From NCBI GenBank assembly GCA_036960695.1, contig JBALXM010000002.1:32642-96641 (forward strand): a stretch of DNA of 64,000 nt. Direction: 5' to 3'. Shown here piece by piece: positions 37,568 through 47,575 of the stretch. Numbering within the stretch: the stretch's first letter is position 1; every line of letters starts with the position of its first letter. This stretch comes from Sneathiella sp. GTDB taxonomy: Bacteria; Pseudomonadota; Alphaproteobacteria; Sneathiellales; Sneathiellaceae. The position numbers and the translations under genes were made by a program. A model generated the notes under the pieces. It did no database searches, was not told the origin of the DNA, and was given only the letters and a program-made list of their open reading frames with translations.

Positions 37568-40500
37568 TTATTCAGCAGGTTGAAGACCCTGCTGTTTATT
37601 TCTTATTTTCTCTGCTTTTCGCATGCGACGGCGTTCAAAACGATCGCTGACCTTCGCGCCAATTAGCAACAGACACGGTGTCATAATCAGCGTGAGGACA
37701 GTGGCGAAAGTTAGACCAAAAGCCACAGCGGTTGATAACTGTACCCACCATTGAGAGGAGGGGGCCCCTGTCACCACTTCACGTGTGAAGAAGTCAATAT
37801 TGACCTGCATAGTCATGGGTAACAGACCAAAGATGGTTGTCACTGTTGTCAGCATCACAGGCCGCAAACGTTGAGCCCCTGTCCGCAGGATTGCTTCCGC
37901 AGCGTCCATACCTGTGGATCGTAAATGAGCGAAGGTATCAATAAGAACAATGTTATTGTTCACCACAATACCTGCCAAGGCGATAACCCCCACACCCGTC
38001 ATAACGATACCAAAAGGCTGACCGGTAATGATAAGGCCTACAAAGACACCAATTGTAGACATGATAACGGCGGTCAGGATCAAGAAGGCATGATAGAAAC
38101 TGTTAAACTGAGTAACCAGAATAATAGCCATCATGAATAGAGCAACACCGAACGCTTTTCCAAGGAACTGTGACGCTTTTTTCTGCTCTTCATCCTCGCC
38201 CTTAAACACATAATTTACGTCTGCGTCTAAATTGGCCTCGTTTTTGATCCAGGTTTGGATTTCCTGCACTTTTTCATCAACGAGAATGCCTTCTTTCACG
38301 TTTGCTTTAATCGTCATGACCCTTCTTGAATCAACGCGATTAATTGTTCCCACTTTTGGCTGAGGGGAGCGAACTGCAAAGTTGGAGATCGGTACCATAC
38401 CCCGATCAGTGCTGACGCGTAAGCTGTCTAACTGTTCCAAGCTACGGTAGCTTTTAGGATACCGAATGCGGATTTCAACTTCGTCATCCACCTCTTGCGG
38501 CCGGTATTCATGAGCTTTAACGCCATTGGTTACAAGCTGAATAGTTTTACCAACCGTTGTAATGTCGGCACCAAAACGGCCAGCTTGTGCACGATCTACG
38601 ACAATCTCCCACTGAATGCCTGGGATCGCACGGCTGTCTTCAACATCCAAAAGATCGCTAACATTTTCGTCTAGATACTTTCGGATTTTCGCAACTTCTG
38701 GTGCTAGCTTTTCAGGAAACCGAGAGGAAAGTTGAATTTGAACGTCTTTCCCTGTTGGTGGTCCGCTGTCAGGCTGGCGTGTTTCAACCGTTATACCCGC
38801 AATATGTTTTGTTTTATCGCGGATATCTTCAAAAACGACAGCAGCTTTACGGCGCTCTTGCCAGTCTTTGAATTCCATCTGAATGACGCCAATAACATCT
38901 TCCGCAATATCTTGACCATCACCGCCGCCGCCGGTCTTTGAATAAATCGAGGAAAAGTCATTGAGCTTAAGAACTTCATGCTCAACTTCCTGTACTAATT
39001 CATCCTTCTCCAGCGTAGACATATTTCCGCGGGCATGAATGTAGACAAGTGCCATTTCAGGCTCAACGTTGGGGAAAAATTCCACACCGTTACCGTTTTT
39101 GGCATAATATACCTGAACGCCAATCAACGTCATGACGGCGACCATTACGATCATAAAGGGATGTCTGAGGCTAAACGACAGCGCCTTAATATAAGTCCCC
39201 GTTGCACCCCCAATTTGGCGAATGTCTCCGCTTTCCGCGGCAGCAAGGGCACCCAGAGTTTTAGAATTTACAGAGCCGGCCTTCCCAAAGACTGCGCCCA
39301 ATGTTGGTACAAATATAAGGGCCATTAACAAAGAGCCGATCAATGTTACGATCAGTGTGATGGGAAGGAATTTCATAAACTGCCCAACAACACCGGGCCA
39401 GAATAGAAGAGGCATGAACACGGCCAAAGTCGTGGCTGTTGATGCTATGATAGGCCAAGCCATCCGTTTAGCCGCTAAGCTATAGGCTTCCATCTTGTCG
39501 AAACCTTCCGCCATCTTGCGATCAGCGAACTCTGTTACCACAATGGCGCCATCCACAAGCATACCAACGGCCAAGATCAGTCCAAACAACACAACAATGT
39601 TGATGGTGAAGCCGAAAAGATAAAGGTAGAGAATACCAATTAGGAAGGAGCCTGGAATGGCAAGACCAACAAGCCCTGCGGTGCGAACACCCAAGCTTGC
39701 GATAACGACAATCATAACCAAAATGACAGCACTGATGATGTTGTTTTGCAGATCCGTCAACATACTTTTGATGTCTTCAGACTTATCCTGACTGAATGTG
39801 ACTTCTAACCCCGCGGGCCAAACTTTTTGCTCTTCCGCCACAACGGCTTGAACATCAGCAATTGTCTTAATAATGTTTTCGCCAAGGCGTTTTTTAATTT
39901 CTAAAACAACAGCAGGTTTACCGTTCAAGCGTGCATAGCTTTCAGCATCTTTAAAGGTTCTGCGAATTGTTGTGACGTCACCCAAGGTAACGACACCTTC
40001 ACCCGATACTTTAAGCGGGATCGAGAAAACATCTTCTGCGCTTTCAAACAATCCTGGAACTTTAATAGAAAAACGGCCTTTACCCGTATCCATAGCGCCA
40101 GCTGCAACCAAACGGTTATTCAGTTGAACGGCATTAATCAATTCAGTGTTTGAAATTTTATAGCTTTCAAGCTTCACTGGATCGATAATAACTTCGAGAA
40201 CTTCTTCCCGGTCGCCGCCAATATCGGCAGCCAAAACTCCCGGTAGTCCCTCAATTTCATCTTGAAGGTCTTTTGCGATGCGAATGAGGGAGCGTGTTGG
40301 AATATCACCTGATAGCGTCACCACCAAAACTGGGAACAATCCGACATTCACTTCATGAACAGTTGGATCATCGGTCTCTTCTGGCAATTCCTTTTTAGCA
40401 ATATCCACTTTTTCGCGCACATCGTCTAAGGCCGTATCTGCATCGAAGCCTGCTTCAAACTCCATAAGAACGGAGGCACGGCCTTCACTGGCCGTAGATC

Positions 40501-40744
40501 TCATCTCCTTTACGCCTTCAATACCGCGCAACTCAATTTCCATTGGCCGCACCAACAGGCGCTCCGCATCTTCAGGGGAAATCCCTTCATGTGTCATTGC
40601 CACATATATGATAGGGATATTGATGTCTGGGTCGGCTTCTTTTGCAATATCAGTATAAGCAAAAAAACCAGCGACAAGGATCAGGACAAGGGTACTGATA
40701 ACCGTCCTCGATCGATGGATCGCTGCATCAATAATACCGTTCAT
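37568..40744 (-). CDS. RND efflux transporter permease subunit
   Basis: 1058 aa; GISPEDAERLL, GMLVDGAIV, GAQRLRPVMLTT. Confidence 0.93.
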   Translation of the reverse strand: MNGIIDAAIHRSRTVISTLVLILVAGFFAYTDIAKEADPDINIPIIYVAMTHEGISPEDAERLLVRPMEIELRGIEGVKEMRSTASEGRASVLMEFEAGFDADTALDDVREKVDIAKKELPEETDDPTVHEVNVGLFPVLVVTLSGDIPTRSLIRIAKDLQDEIEGLPGVLAADIGGDREEVLEVIIDPVKLESYKISNTELINAVQLNNRLVAAGAMDTGKGRFSIKVPGLFESAEDVFSIPLKVSGEGVVTLGDVTTIRRTFKDAESYARLNGKPAVVLEIKKRLGENIIKTIADVQAVVAEEQKVWPAGLEVTFSQDKSEDIKSMLTDLQNNIISAVILVMIVVIASLGVRTAGLVGLAIPGSFLIGILYLYLFGFTINIVVLFGLILAVGMLVDGAIVVTEFADRKMAEGFDKMEAYSLAAKRMAWPIIASTATTLAVFMPLLFWPGVVGQFMKFLPITLIVTLIGSLLMALIFVPTLGAVFGKAGSVNSKTLGALAAAESGDIRQIGGATGTYIKALSFSLRHPFMIVMVAVMTLIGVQVYYAKNGNGVEFFPNVEPEMALVYIHARGNMSTLEKDELVQEVEHEVLKLNDFSSIYSKTGGGGDGQDIAEDVIGVIQMEFKDWQERRKAAVVFEDIRDKTKHIAGITVETRQPDSGPPTGKDVQIQLSSRFPEKLAPEVAKIRKYLDENVSDLLDVEDSRAIPGIQWEIVVDRAQAGRFGADITTVGKTIQLVTNGVKAHEYRPQEVDDEVEIRIRYPKSYRSLEQLDSLRVSTDRGMVPISNFAVRSPQPKVGTINRVDSRRVMTIKANVKEGILVDEKVQEIQTWIKNEANLDADVNYVFKGEDEEQKKASQFLGKAFGVALFMMAIILVTQFNSFYHAFLILTAVIMSTIGVFVGLIITGQPFGIVMTGVGVIALAGIVVNNNIVLIDTFAHLRSTGMDAAEAILRTGAQRLRPVMLTTVTTIFGLLPMTMQVNIDFFTREVVTGAPSSQWWVQLSTAVAFGLTFATVLTLIMTPCLLLIGAKVSDRFERRRMRKAEKIRNKQQGLQPAE

Positions 40745-41847
40745 TATTTAGTCTCCGCAGTGATCATCTTAGGAAGAACTGTATCGCCTGCGCGTACAAA
40801 TTCTTGACCGACAATAATAAGACGGCTTTCTTTTGGTAGACCATCGACCCAAGCGCCTTGGCTTGAATCTGATAATATATGGACGGGGTGGAACTGTACG
40901 ACGTCATCATCGTCAACGGCGCGAACACCGAGAGTTCCCGTGTCATTCAAGGTAAGAATGGCGGGGGAGATGAAATGTGCCATGACTGTCGTGGTTTTAA
41001 AGGTTGTCTCTGCAGTGACACCGGAACGAAGGGTATTATCGTCATTATTGACAAGTAATTCCACGCGGAAAGTCCGTGTGTTTGGATCAGAGGCCTTCCC
41101 AATGAAGCGGATGAAACCATTCACGACTTCGCCAGTAATTAACTTTGCAGTACCGAGGCCCCCAACTTTGATCTCGTTCACATGGAGTTCAGAAATTTGC
41201 CCTGTTATTAGAAAGGGGTTTTCATCCACGATTGTAACGACTTCATTGCCATCTTTTACAAAGTCTCCAATCTCAACCATGCGCTCTTCAATAATGCCAT
41301 CAAAGGGTGCTCGGATAATTAGATCTTCAAGTAAAATTCTGACCGCTTTAGCCTGAGCGCGGGCACTATCCAAATAGGCTTTTGCGCCAGCAAGTGTTGT
41401 TTTGGCGCTAAACCCTTTTTTGCTCAAGGATTTGGCTGCCTTATATTCGATATCGCGCTGACGGACTAAGGCTTCAGCCTCAGCAAGTTGAGCGTGACGC
41501 GCCTTAATAGCGAATTCGACTAAGATCTCGCCTTTTTTTACGCGCTGTCCAAGTTCCGCCCTAATTTTTACAACACGGCCTGGTGTCTCTGCTTTTAAAA
41601 TAACGGATCTTAAAGCCTCGGTTCGACCCCGAACGATAACTTCCTGTTCACGAGAACGGGCATTAAAATTTTGCACCTGAACTTCTACAGGGCCTGTTTT
41701 TATCCGTTGAAGAGCGGGTGCAATTTCAGAATTTGGATCTACACCAGCGACTGCCTGTTTGGTCTCAGGTTCGGTAAACTGTCCAGATACGATCCAGCCA
41801 GTTACTCCAACAGCAATGACAGTGGCTATTATTATGGAACGGTTCAC
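40744..41847 (-). CDS. RND efflux periplasmic adaptor subunit
   Basis: N-terminal anchor, GQRVKKGEIL, IRAPFDGII, TRTFRVE; 1-bp overlap with the permease. Confidence 0.92.
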   Translation of the reverse strand: MNRSIIIATVIAVGVTGWIVSGQFTEPETKQAVAGVDPNSEIAPALQRIKTGPVEVQVQNFNARSREQEVIVRGRTEALRSVILKAETPGRVVKIRAELGQRVKKGEILVEFAIKARHAQLAEAEALVRQRDIEYKAAKSLSKKGFSAKTTLAGAKAYLDSARAQAKAVRILLEDLIIRAPFDGIIEERMVEIGDFVKDGNEVVTIVDENPFLITGQISELHVNEIKVGGLGTAKLITGEVVNGFIRFIGKASDPNTRTFRVELLVNNDDNTLRSGVTAETTFKTTTVMAHFISPAILTLNDTGTLGVRAVDDDDVVQFHPVHILSDSSQGAWVDGLPKESRLIIVGQEFVRAGDTVLPKMITAETK

Positions 41848-41886
41848 GAGATTACCCCTTTGGTTCTATTTACTATTGCACTCATA

Positions 41887-42423
41887 TCAAGATGCCGTCC
41901 GCTGTTCTGGCAGCGTTTCAGTCTCTATCAGGTGCCTATTTTCCTGCATGTAATCGATCGCGGCTTGTCGTACTGTGACGCCAAAGCCGCATAAAAACTT
42001 CTCAGATTGCGACTGTTTCATATCACAACCTTCTGCGAGGCTTTTGATGTTCTGGTCGTAACTTTTAATTAATTCATCAACAACGCTCGTTATATTGCTT
42101 GCGGGCAACATGTGCGAAAACATTAATGTAGTTAAAGCTTCTGAACGGTATTTGTCGGCGGCGGGTGTTTTTTTGATTTGCTCAATGAAAAATGCCCTAC
42201 CAGTTTTTGTTATCGAGTAGACTTTTTTGTCGGGACGTTTGCTTTGCGCCTCTGCACGGCACGAAACAAATTCTTCTTTCGTTAATTTGTTGAGAGCAGG
42301 GTAGATTGATCCAAATCCAGCGTCGTAAGCCAGACTAAGTCTGCCCTCAAATGCCTTTTTGATCTCATACCCTGATGAATCCCCAAAGGTGAGAATTCCT
42401 AAACATAACGTACGTACATCCAT
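41887..42423 (-). CDS. PadR-family transcriptional regulator with C-terminal Vir_act_alpha-like domain
   Basis: SGYEIKKAFE..., GSIYPALNKL, PDKKVYSITKTG. Confidence 0.9.
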   Translation of the reverse strand: MDVRTLCLGILTFGDSSGYEIKKAFEGRLSLAYDAGFGSIYPALNKLTKEEFVSCRAEAQSKRPDKKVYSITKTGRAFFIEQIKKTPAADKYRSEALTTLMFSHMLPASNITSVVDELIKSYDQNIKSLAEGCDMKQSQSEKFLCGFGVTVRQAAIDYMQENRHLIETETLPEQRTAS

Positions 42424-42494
42424 ATCCGAACAGCATCTCTAACAAATAAAATTCTGAAGGTTGCGCCCTCAATACACCGATATAGTAAAAATTC

Positions 42495-42515
42495 TATATC
42501 GAATTGATATATATC
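42495..42515. promoter_or_regulatory. Candidate PadR operator palindrome
   Basis: TATATC-GAATT-GATATA (42495-42511) overlapping GATATATATC, ~70 bp upstream of padR. Confidence 0.45.
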
Positions 42516-42767
42516 GAGCCGCAATAAAGAATAATATTAGGGTAATGTCTGTGATGCTCGTCACTAAGGAGAAGCACCTAAATATATCGGACGCAATTTG
42601 CTTCCATTAAGGACGGAAAATGAAGTGAAATGTGATGACGAATACAGGGGAGGGATGATTTAAATCGAGGCGAATTCAAAAACAGTTGATCACAAACCAA
42701 GAATTCCGAATCTAAAACCGATTGGAAAACCTGAAAACTAAGCAGTTAAAAGCTGCGCAAAAAGCAC

Positions 42768-42947
42768 TTAGATGCGTTGTAGAATGACTTCTTTTACCAT
42801 TTCCAACGATAAACAATTTGCCTTTAACAAAGGGAAATATTCACCTGCTGTTGTGACTGTCGTTGCCATGGGAACTGTTTGAACCATGATAATAAGCAGA
42901 ACAGCTAGAAATGTTGCTGTGAGCGCTGATAAAGTTTTGAGATACAT
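42768..42947 (-). CDS. Unlisted 59-aa small membrane/secreted protein
   Basis: Translated by hand: MYLKTLSALTATFLAVLLIIMVQTVPMATTVTTAGEYFPLLKANCLSLEMVKEVILQRI. AGGGA lies 6 nt upstream of the ATG. Confidence 0.5.
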   Translation of the reverse strand: MYLKTLSALTATFLAVLLIIMVQTVPMATTVTTAGEYFPLLKANCLSLEMVKEVILQRI

Positions 42948-43039
42948 TGTAAATCCCTAGTATGCTTTAGTTTCGAGCATCTTAGAGGGTAAGTTTGGCA
43001 TTCTCAGGACGACAATGTGGCAAGAATGAGGCGGGAATT

Positions 43040-43246
43040 TTAAGCGGTGCTTGCCCGGCGGCGGGTTCTTAGTTGCTTGATAATTACCAGTTTTTCGTCG
43101 TTCGATAAATGAGGCCAACCGCCAATTTCCAAACGCGTCCGAAAACAGCCCATGCAATTCTTGTTTTCCATATCCATTGTACAAACGCCTGTGCACGGAG
43201 AAGGAAGATCGGGCAAGTTGGTGTGTTTAATAACTTTTCTATGCAT
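43040..43246 (-). CDS. DUF1289-family small Cys protein
   Basis: SPCTGVCTMD...CMGCFRTRLEIGGW. Confidence 0.85.
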   Translation of the reverse strand: MHRKVIKHTNLPDLPSPCTGVCTMDMENKNCMGCFRTRLEIGGWPHLSNDEKLVIIKQLRTRRRASTA

Positions 43247-43254
43247 AGAGTTTT

Positions 43255-43677
43255 TTACTTGGCTGATTTAAGAATGTGGCTAAGAGCATTTAACGGAAGC
43301 AAGACACATATATGGCGGCTCTTGTGATCTTTTACAGGGACAAAATATTCAAGTTCGCTCCAACTTGGATCATCTGCGATCTCGCCAGTCTCAAATATGT
43401 TCTGAATTTCGCTTTGTATTTTGGTCACGTCCTGCAAGGTCATACCAACGGCATTTTGGGCAAGCAGGGACGCCGATGCCTGACATAACATACAAGACCG
43501 GTTTTCATGGACAAGCTCAGTAATGTGCCCCTCTTCAAGTTTGACTTGAATGGTGATGCGATCCCCGCATGTGGGATTATCAAGGGTCCCTTCAGCGTCA
43601 GGAGACTCCATTGATCCTGCGCCAGTGGCGTTGGCCGCTAGGCGCATAAGTCTCTTCTGGTATAATTCTTGTATCAA
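43255..43677 (-). CDS. IscU/SufU/NifU-N-like scaffold or sulfur-transfer protein
   Basis: NPTCGDRITI, SCMLCQASAS, SRHICV. Confidence 0.8.
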   Translation of the reverse strand: MIQELYQKRLMRLAANATGAGSMESPDAEGTLDNPTCGDRITIQVKLEEGHITELVHENRSCMLCQASASLLAQNAVGMTLQDVTKIQSEIQNIFETGEIADDPSWSELEYFVPVKDHKSRHICVLLPLNALSHILKSAK

Positions 43678-43680
43678 GGC

Positions 43681-45327
43681 TCAATCACTCTTTTTAGATA
43701 ATTGTTTATTTATTGTCGCCAGAATATCCGGTGTGTCTATATCGGCAAAAATACTGCTGCTGTCAATTTCCACTGTATGGACGACGTGGTCATTGTTAGA
43801 AATCAAGGCTTTGGCACCCATGTCGCCTGTTATTTCTGTTATATCACCAGCAAATTGGCTTGAAATAATAGCCGGATTCCCGCGTTTTCCCTTAAAAGCT
43901 GGAACAACAATTGCGCGCCCCGCATCGGGATCAAAGGCGTTAATTAATTCATCCAGTATCTCTGCTGTGACAAGAGGCATATCACCAAGGCAGACAATAA
44001 TACCGTCAAAATCTTTTGAGAGAATGGAAAAACCAAGCTTTACCGATGTGGATATACCGTCGCCATACAGATCATTTTGAACACTCGGTACATCCAGATC
44101 CCAAACTGTATTGAGAACTTGTTCAGGCTCGTGCCCGGTTACCATCAAAACATGATCTGCTTTAGATGCTTTGGCTTGTTCTACGGCATGGCGGATCATC
44201 GGTTTATCATGGACAAGGGCCAAAAGTTTATTTTGTGCGCCCATTCTCCTCGATTGCCCCGCGGCAAGCAACAGAACTGCAATTTTCTTATCTTCTGTTT
44301 TCGCGTCCTTAGCCAATTTGAATTCACGGGGTTGAGGTCTGCTTGTAATTTCTTTTAAAAGACCGCCTTCGCCCATTTCCATGATATGTTCAGGCTCAAC
44401 TGGAATGTCACAAAGTAAGCGCTGTAAAATCCAGTCAAATCCGTTTAGTTTCGGTGATCGGGTGCAGCCTGGTAAGCCTACCACGGTCGTACTGCCAACC
44501 TTGCCCAATAGTAATAAATTTCCGGGATCAACAGGCATACCAAAATGATCAACCTTTCCCCCACTTATTTCAATTGCGCGCGGGACAACGTCTCGGTGGT
44601 CGGTCGTTGCGGAGGCCCCGAAAATCAAAATTAGTTCACAGCCGTCTGCAACCAGATCGTCTATCACACCGGTCAAACGATCTTCATGATGCTCGACTGT
44701 TTTGGTGACTGATATGTGGTTGTCACAGGCTTCAATTCTGTTTGCCAATACCTTCTCAGATTTTGCAATCAGCTTGTCTGTTGTCTTGGGTAAGCGCGTG
44801 GAAATGACGCCAATTTTTTTGGACGTGAACGGTGCTACTTCAACAAGAGGCGTTTTAGCATTTAACGCATAGTCGAGGGCGTCAGAAACATTGGTTTCGT
44901 GGGTTGCAAAAGGAATGATCTTAACTGTCGCAACCATTTGATTAACATCAATTTTTTCAAAATTTTTGACAGTTGCAACTGTAATGGATGGGTCAATTTT
45001 GTTGATTTTGTCTAAAAGATCTTTGTTTATGCGTGCTAAACCCGAGGATTGTGAGTGAAGGTTACTGCGCCCAGTGAAAGCCCGTTTTACTGATATATTC
45101 GCGCCGGCAAGTGGGGCTGCAATATCACCAGCTGCGGTATCTTCACCAACATCACCCGCCTCAAGTTTGGCTACAAGGACAGTATCTGCTCCCGTAGATT
45201 TTATGGCAACCAACGTGTCCTGGTTTAGAATATGACCTTTTTTGAGTAGGCCAAGGCGTCCCGCATCAACAGCGTGGGCCAGAATAGCGCCATCGGCTTC
45301 GGGGAGGGGAAGGCGGCCGAAAATCAT
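43681..45327 (-). CDS. MoeA-like domain fused to a MocA-like molybdenum cofactor nucleotidyltransferase
   Basis: N-terminal molybdopterin-binding region (GMPVDPGNLLL, GLPGCTRSPKLNGFDW); C-terminal LLAAGQSRRMG..NKLL and LGDMP. Confidence 0.87.
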   Translation of the reverse strand: MIFGRLPLPEADGAILAHAVDAGRLGLLKKGHILNQDTLVAIKSTGADTVLVAKLEAGDVGEDTAAGDIAAPLAGANISVKRAFTGRSNLHSQSSGLARINKDLLDKINKIDPSITVATVKNFEKIDVNQMVATVKIIPFATHETNVSDALDYALNAKTPLVEVAPFTSKKIGVISTRLPKTTDKLIAKSEKVLANRIEACDNHISVTKTVEHHEDRLTGVIDDLVADGCELILIFGASATTDHRDVVPRAIEISGGKVDHFGMPVDPGNLLLLGKVGSTTVVGLPGCTRSPKLNGFDWILQRLLCDIPVEPEHIMEMGEGGLLKEITSRPQPREFKLAKDAKTEDKKIAVLLLAAGQSRRMGAQNKLLALVHDKPMIRHAVEQAKASKADHVLMVTGHEPEQVLNTVWDLDVPSVQNDLYGDGISTSVKLGFSILSKDFDGIIVCLGDMPLVTAEILDELINAFDPDAGRAIVVPAFKGKRGNPAIISSQFAGDITEITGDMGAKALISNNDHVVHTVEIDSSSIFADIDTPDILATINKQLSKKSD

Positions 45328-45328
45328 A

Positions 45329-46012
45329 TTATTGCTTCCTGCGTAAAGTGGCTGTCAATTCTGCCAAAATAGAGATAGCAATTTCTGCAGGAGATTGTGC
45401 GCCGATATCCAATCCAACTGGCCCATGAATACGAGCGATTTCATCTGCAGAAAACCCATCCTCAATCAGTCTGTCATGACGTTTTGCTTTTGTCCGAGTG
45501 CTGCCCAAAGCACCGATATAAAAAACGTCAGATTTAAGCGCAGCTTTTAAGGCGGGATCATCAAGTTTTGCGTCGTGGGTTAAAGTGACAATGGCAGATC
45601 GTCTGTCAGGGTCTAAAGCATCAAGAGCTTCATCAGGCCAGCGATCATCTAAAACCACTCCCGGAAACCTGAATTCAGATCCGAAACTACGGCGCGGATC
45701 AATTACTGTTACATCATAAGCAGTCGCGGCAGCCATAGGGGCAAGTTTTTGCGCAATGTGAACGGCGCCGATAATAAATAACCTAAGAGGCGGGTTAAAA
45801 ATATTGAGAAAAACAGGACCGTCATCTGTTTCAATTTCGCGCGGTTTGTCAGTGTTTAACGCAATTTTTGCTTCACTTATTAGAGTTGTTTTTTCATTAC
45901 TTTCAAATGGATAAAATATTTTATTCGAGCCATTTGTTAAGTTTGTTGCAAGGACAACTTGACGCTTTTCGAGCCTCGCTTTTTGCAATTCTTTTAATTG
46001 ATCTAAGTTCAT
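45329..46012 (-). CDS. XdhC/CoxI-family protein, C-terminal half
   Basis: RLFIIGAVHIAQ, LTHDAKLDD, YIGALGS, IHGPVGLDIGAQSPAEIA. Confidence 0.9.
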   Translation of the reverse strand: MNLDQLKELQKARLEKRQVVLATNLTNGSNKIFYPFESNEKTTLISEAKIALNTDKPREIETDDGPVFLNIFNPPLRLFIIGAVHIAQKLAPMAAATAYDVTVIDPRRSFGSEFRFPGVVLDDRWPDEALDALDPDRRSAIVTLTHDAKLDDPALKAALKSDVFYIGALGSTRTKAKRHDRLIEDGFSADEIARIHGPVGLDIGAQSPAEIAISILAELTATLRRKQ

Positions 46013-46022
46013 GCCGGTATCT

Positions 46023-46361
46023 CTAGTTCAAAGCTTCGATATAGATACGAATTTTCCCGCCGCAAGCCAAACCGACTTCCCACGCAGTATCATCACTAAC
46101 GCCAAATTCCAGAATTTTGTTGCCGCCTGTAGGCATAAGGCTCAAGGCTTCTTGGATGACCGCACCCTCCACACATCCGCCGCTTACAGAGCCGACCATA
46201 TTACCATCTACATCGATAGCAAGTTGGCTACCAACAGGGCGAGGGGCTGATCCCCAAGTTTGGATCACAGTGGCTAGCGCCACCTGCTTTCCAGCTTCTC
46301 TCCACTCCAAGGCAGATTGTAAAACATCATCCTTAGCAGCCATATCCAGATTTTGACTCAT
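46023..46361 (-). CDS. XdhC/CoxI-family protein, N-terminal half
   Basis: LATVIQTWGSAPRPVGS, GSVSGGCVEG, VGLACGG. Confidence 0.9.
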   Translation of the reverse strand: MSQNLDMAAKDDVLQSALEWREAGKQVALATVIQTWGSAPRPVGSQLAIDVDGNMVGSVSGGCVEGAVIQEALSLMPTGGNKILEFGVSDDTAWEVGLACGGKIRIYIEALN

Positions 46362-47575
46362 GCAACAAATCTCCTGTGAGCTGATTGGCCCATGTCGGGA
46401 CCCGAAAGGATTTCAGATAAGTCTTGTAGGCTTTTCAGATTGTGGATAGTGCGAAATATATCCACGTGAGGCAAGATTGCTTTAACGCCGCGTGCCCGAG
46501 GCTCAAATCCATCATATCGCAATAATGGATTTAACCAGATCAATTGACGGCAAGATTTATGAAGGCGGTCCATTTCAAGGCCAAGATCGTCCCCTGTATC
46601 GCGATCCAAACCATCAGATATAAACAAAACAACAGCGCCCTGGCCCAAGACGCGCCTGGACCACTTCTTGTTAAATTCAGCAATGGTGGTGCCAATACGG
46701 GTGCCGCCCGACCAATCACTCACTTTCTCGCTGACCGCATCAAGTGCGTCATCGACATCACGATAGCGCATGTACCGCGTGATATTTGTAAGGCGCGTTC
46801 CAAAGACGAAGGTATGAACTCTATCCCGATCATTTGTAACCGCATGCATGAAGTGAAGGAGCATACGGCTATATTGTGTCATGGATCCAGAAATATCGCA
46901 TAAAACAACAAGAGGGGGGTGCCGTTTGACGGGGGACTTAAACCTGAGCGGAATTGTAGCCCCGCCAGAGCGCAATGATGCCCGAAGGGAGCGACGCATA
47001 TCAACCGACCCTTGACGCATATTGGGTTTTAAGCGCCGTGTTTTTACCTTCCGTATGGGTAAGCTCAATTTCTGCATGGCTTTTTTTGTAAGCTCAAGTT
47101 CTTCAAGGCTCATGCTTTCAAAATCTTTTTCCTGCAGCATTTCCTTATCAGACGTGGTCAGGTCCGCATTGATCTCCACCTCTTCTCCGCGGTCATCTTC
47201 GCGGTTATCAGGGGCCTTCGATGGAGCGAGCGCTTGGGATAAGCGCTTGGCGATCTCTTCCTCTGACCCCGCGGTTTTGTCCAGATAGGTTGTGGGCAGC
47301 ATCATATCCATCATTTTTTTCAAAATGTCTGGATTGCGCCAGAAAATATGAAAAGCTTGATCAAAAAGAGACCACTGGTCATGGCGGTTGACGAATACAG
47401 AATGAAGGGTCCAGTAAAAATCATCCCGGCGTTCTAACCCGGCGCATTCAACAGCGCGGATAGCCTCAATCACTCTGCCGGGGCCAACAGGTAGTCCTGC
47501 TGTGCGCAACGTGCGGGCAAAATGCAGAATGTTTTCTGCAAATGTCCCGCTTTCCGATGCGCTGATATCCACCAT
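46358..47575 (-). CDS. coxE: VWA-domain protein CoxE
   Basis: VVLCDISGSM MIDAS, FVFGTRLTNIT, WSGGTRIG, SDGLD, WLNPL. Confidence 0.88.
   Translation of the reverse strand: MVDISASESGTFAENILHFARTLRTAGLPVGPGRVIEAIRAVECAGLERRDDFYWTLHSVFVNRHDQWSLFDQAFHIFWRNPDILKKMMDMMLPTTYLDKTAGSEEEIAKRLSQALAPSKAPDNREDDRGEEVEINADLTTSDKEMLQEKDFESMSLEELELTKKAMQKLSLPIRKVKTRRLKPNMRQGSVDMRRSLRASLRSGGATIPLRFKSPVKRHPPLVVLCDISGSMTQYSRMLLHFMHAVTNDRDRVHTFVFGTRLTNITRYMRYRDVDDALDAVSEKVSDWSGGTRIGTTIAEFNKKWSRRVLGQGAVVLFISDGLDRDTGDDLGLEMDRLHKSCRQLIWLNPLLRYDGFEPRARGVKAILPHVDIFRTIHNLKSLQDLSEILSGPDMGQSAHRRFVA

Noticed and set aside
42647-42663. Strong SD followed by ATG-ATT-TAA
   Set aside because: A two-codon ORF with no downstream gene on that strand; no evidence of function.
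45329-46361. Split xdhC as a frameshifted pseudogene
   Set aside because: Both halves have their own starts and end at the domain boundary; two-gene xdhC is common in alphaproteobacteria.
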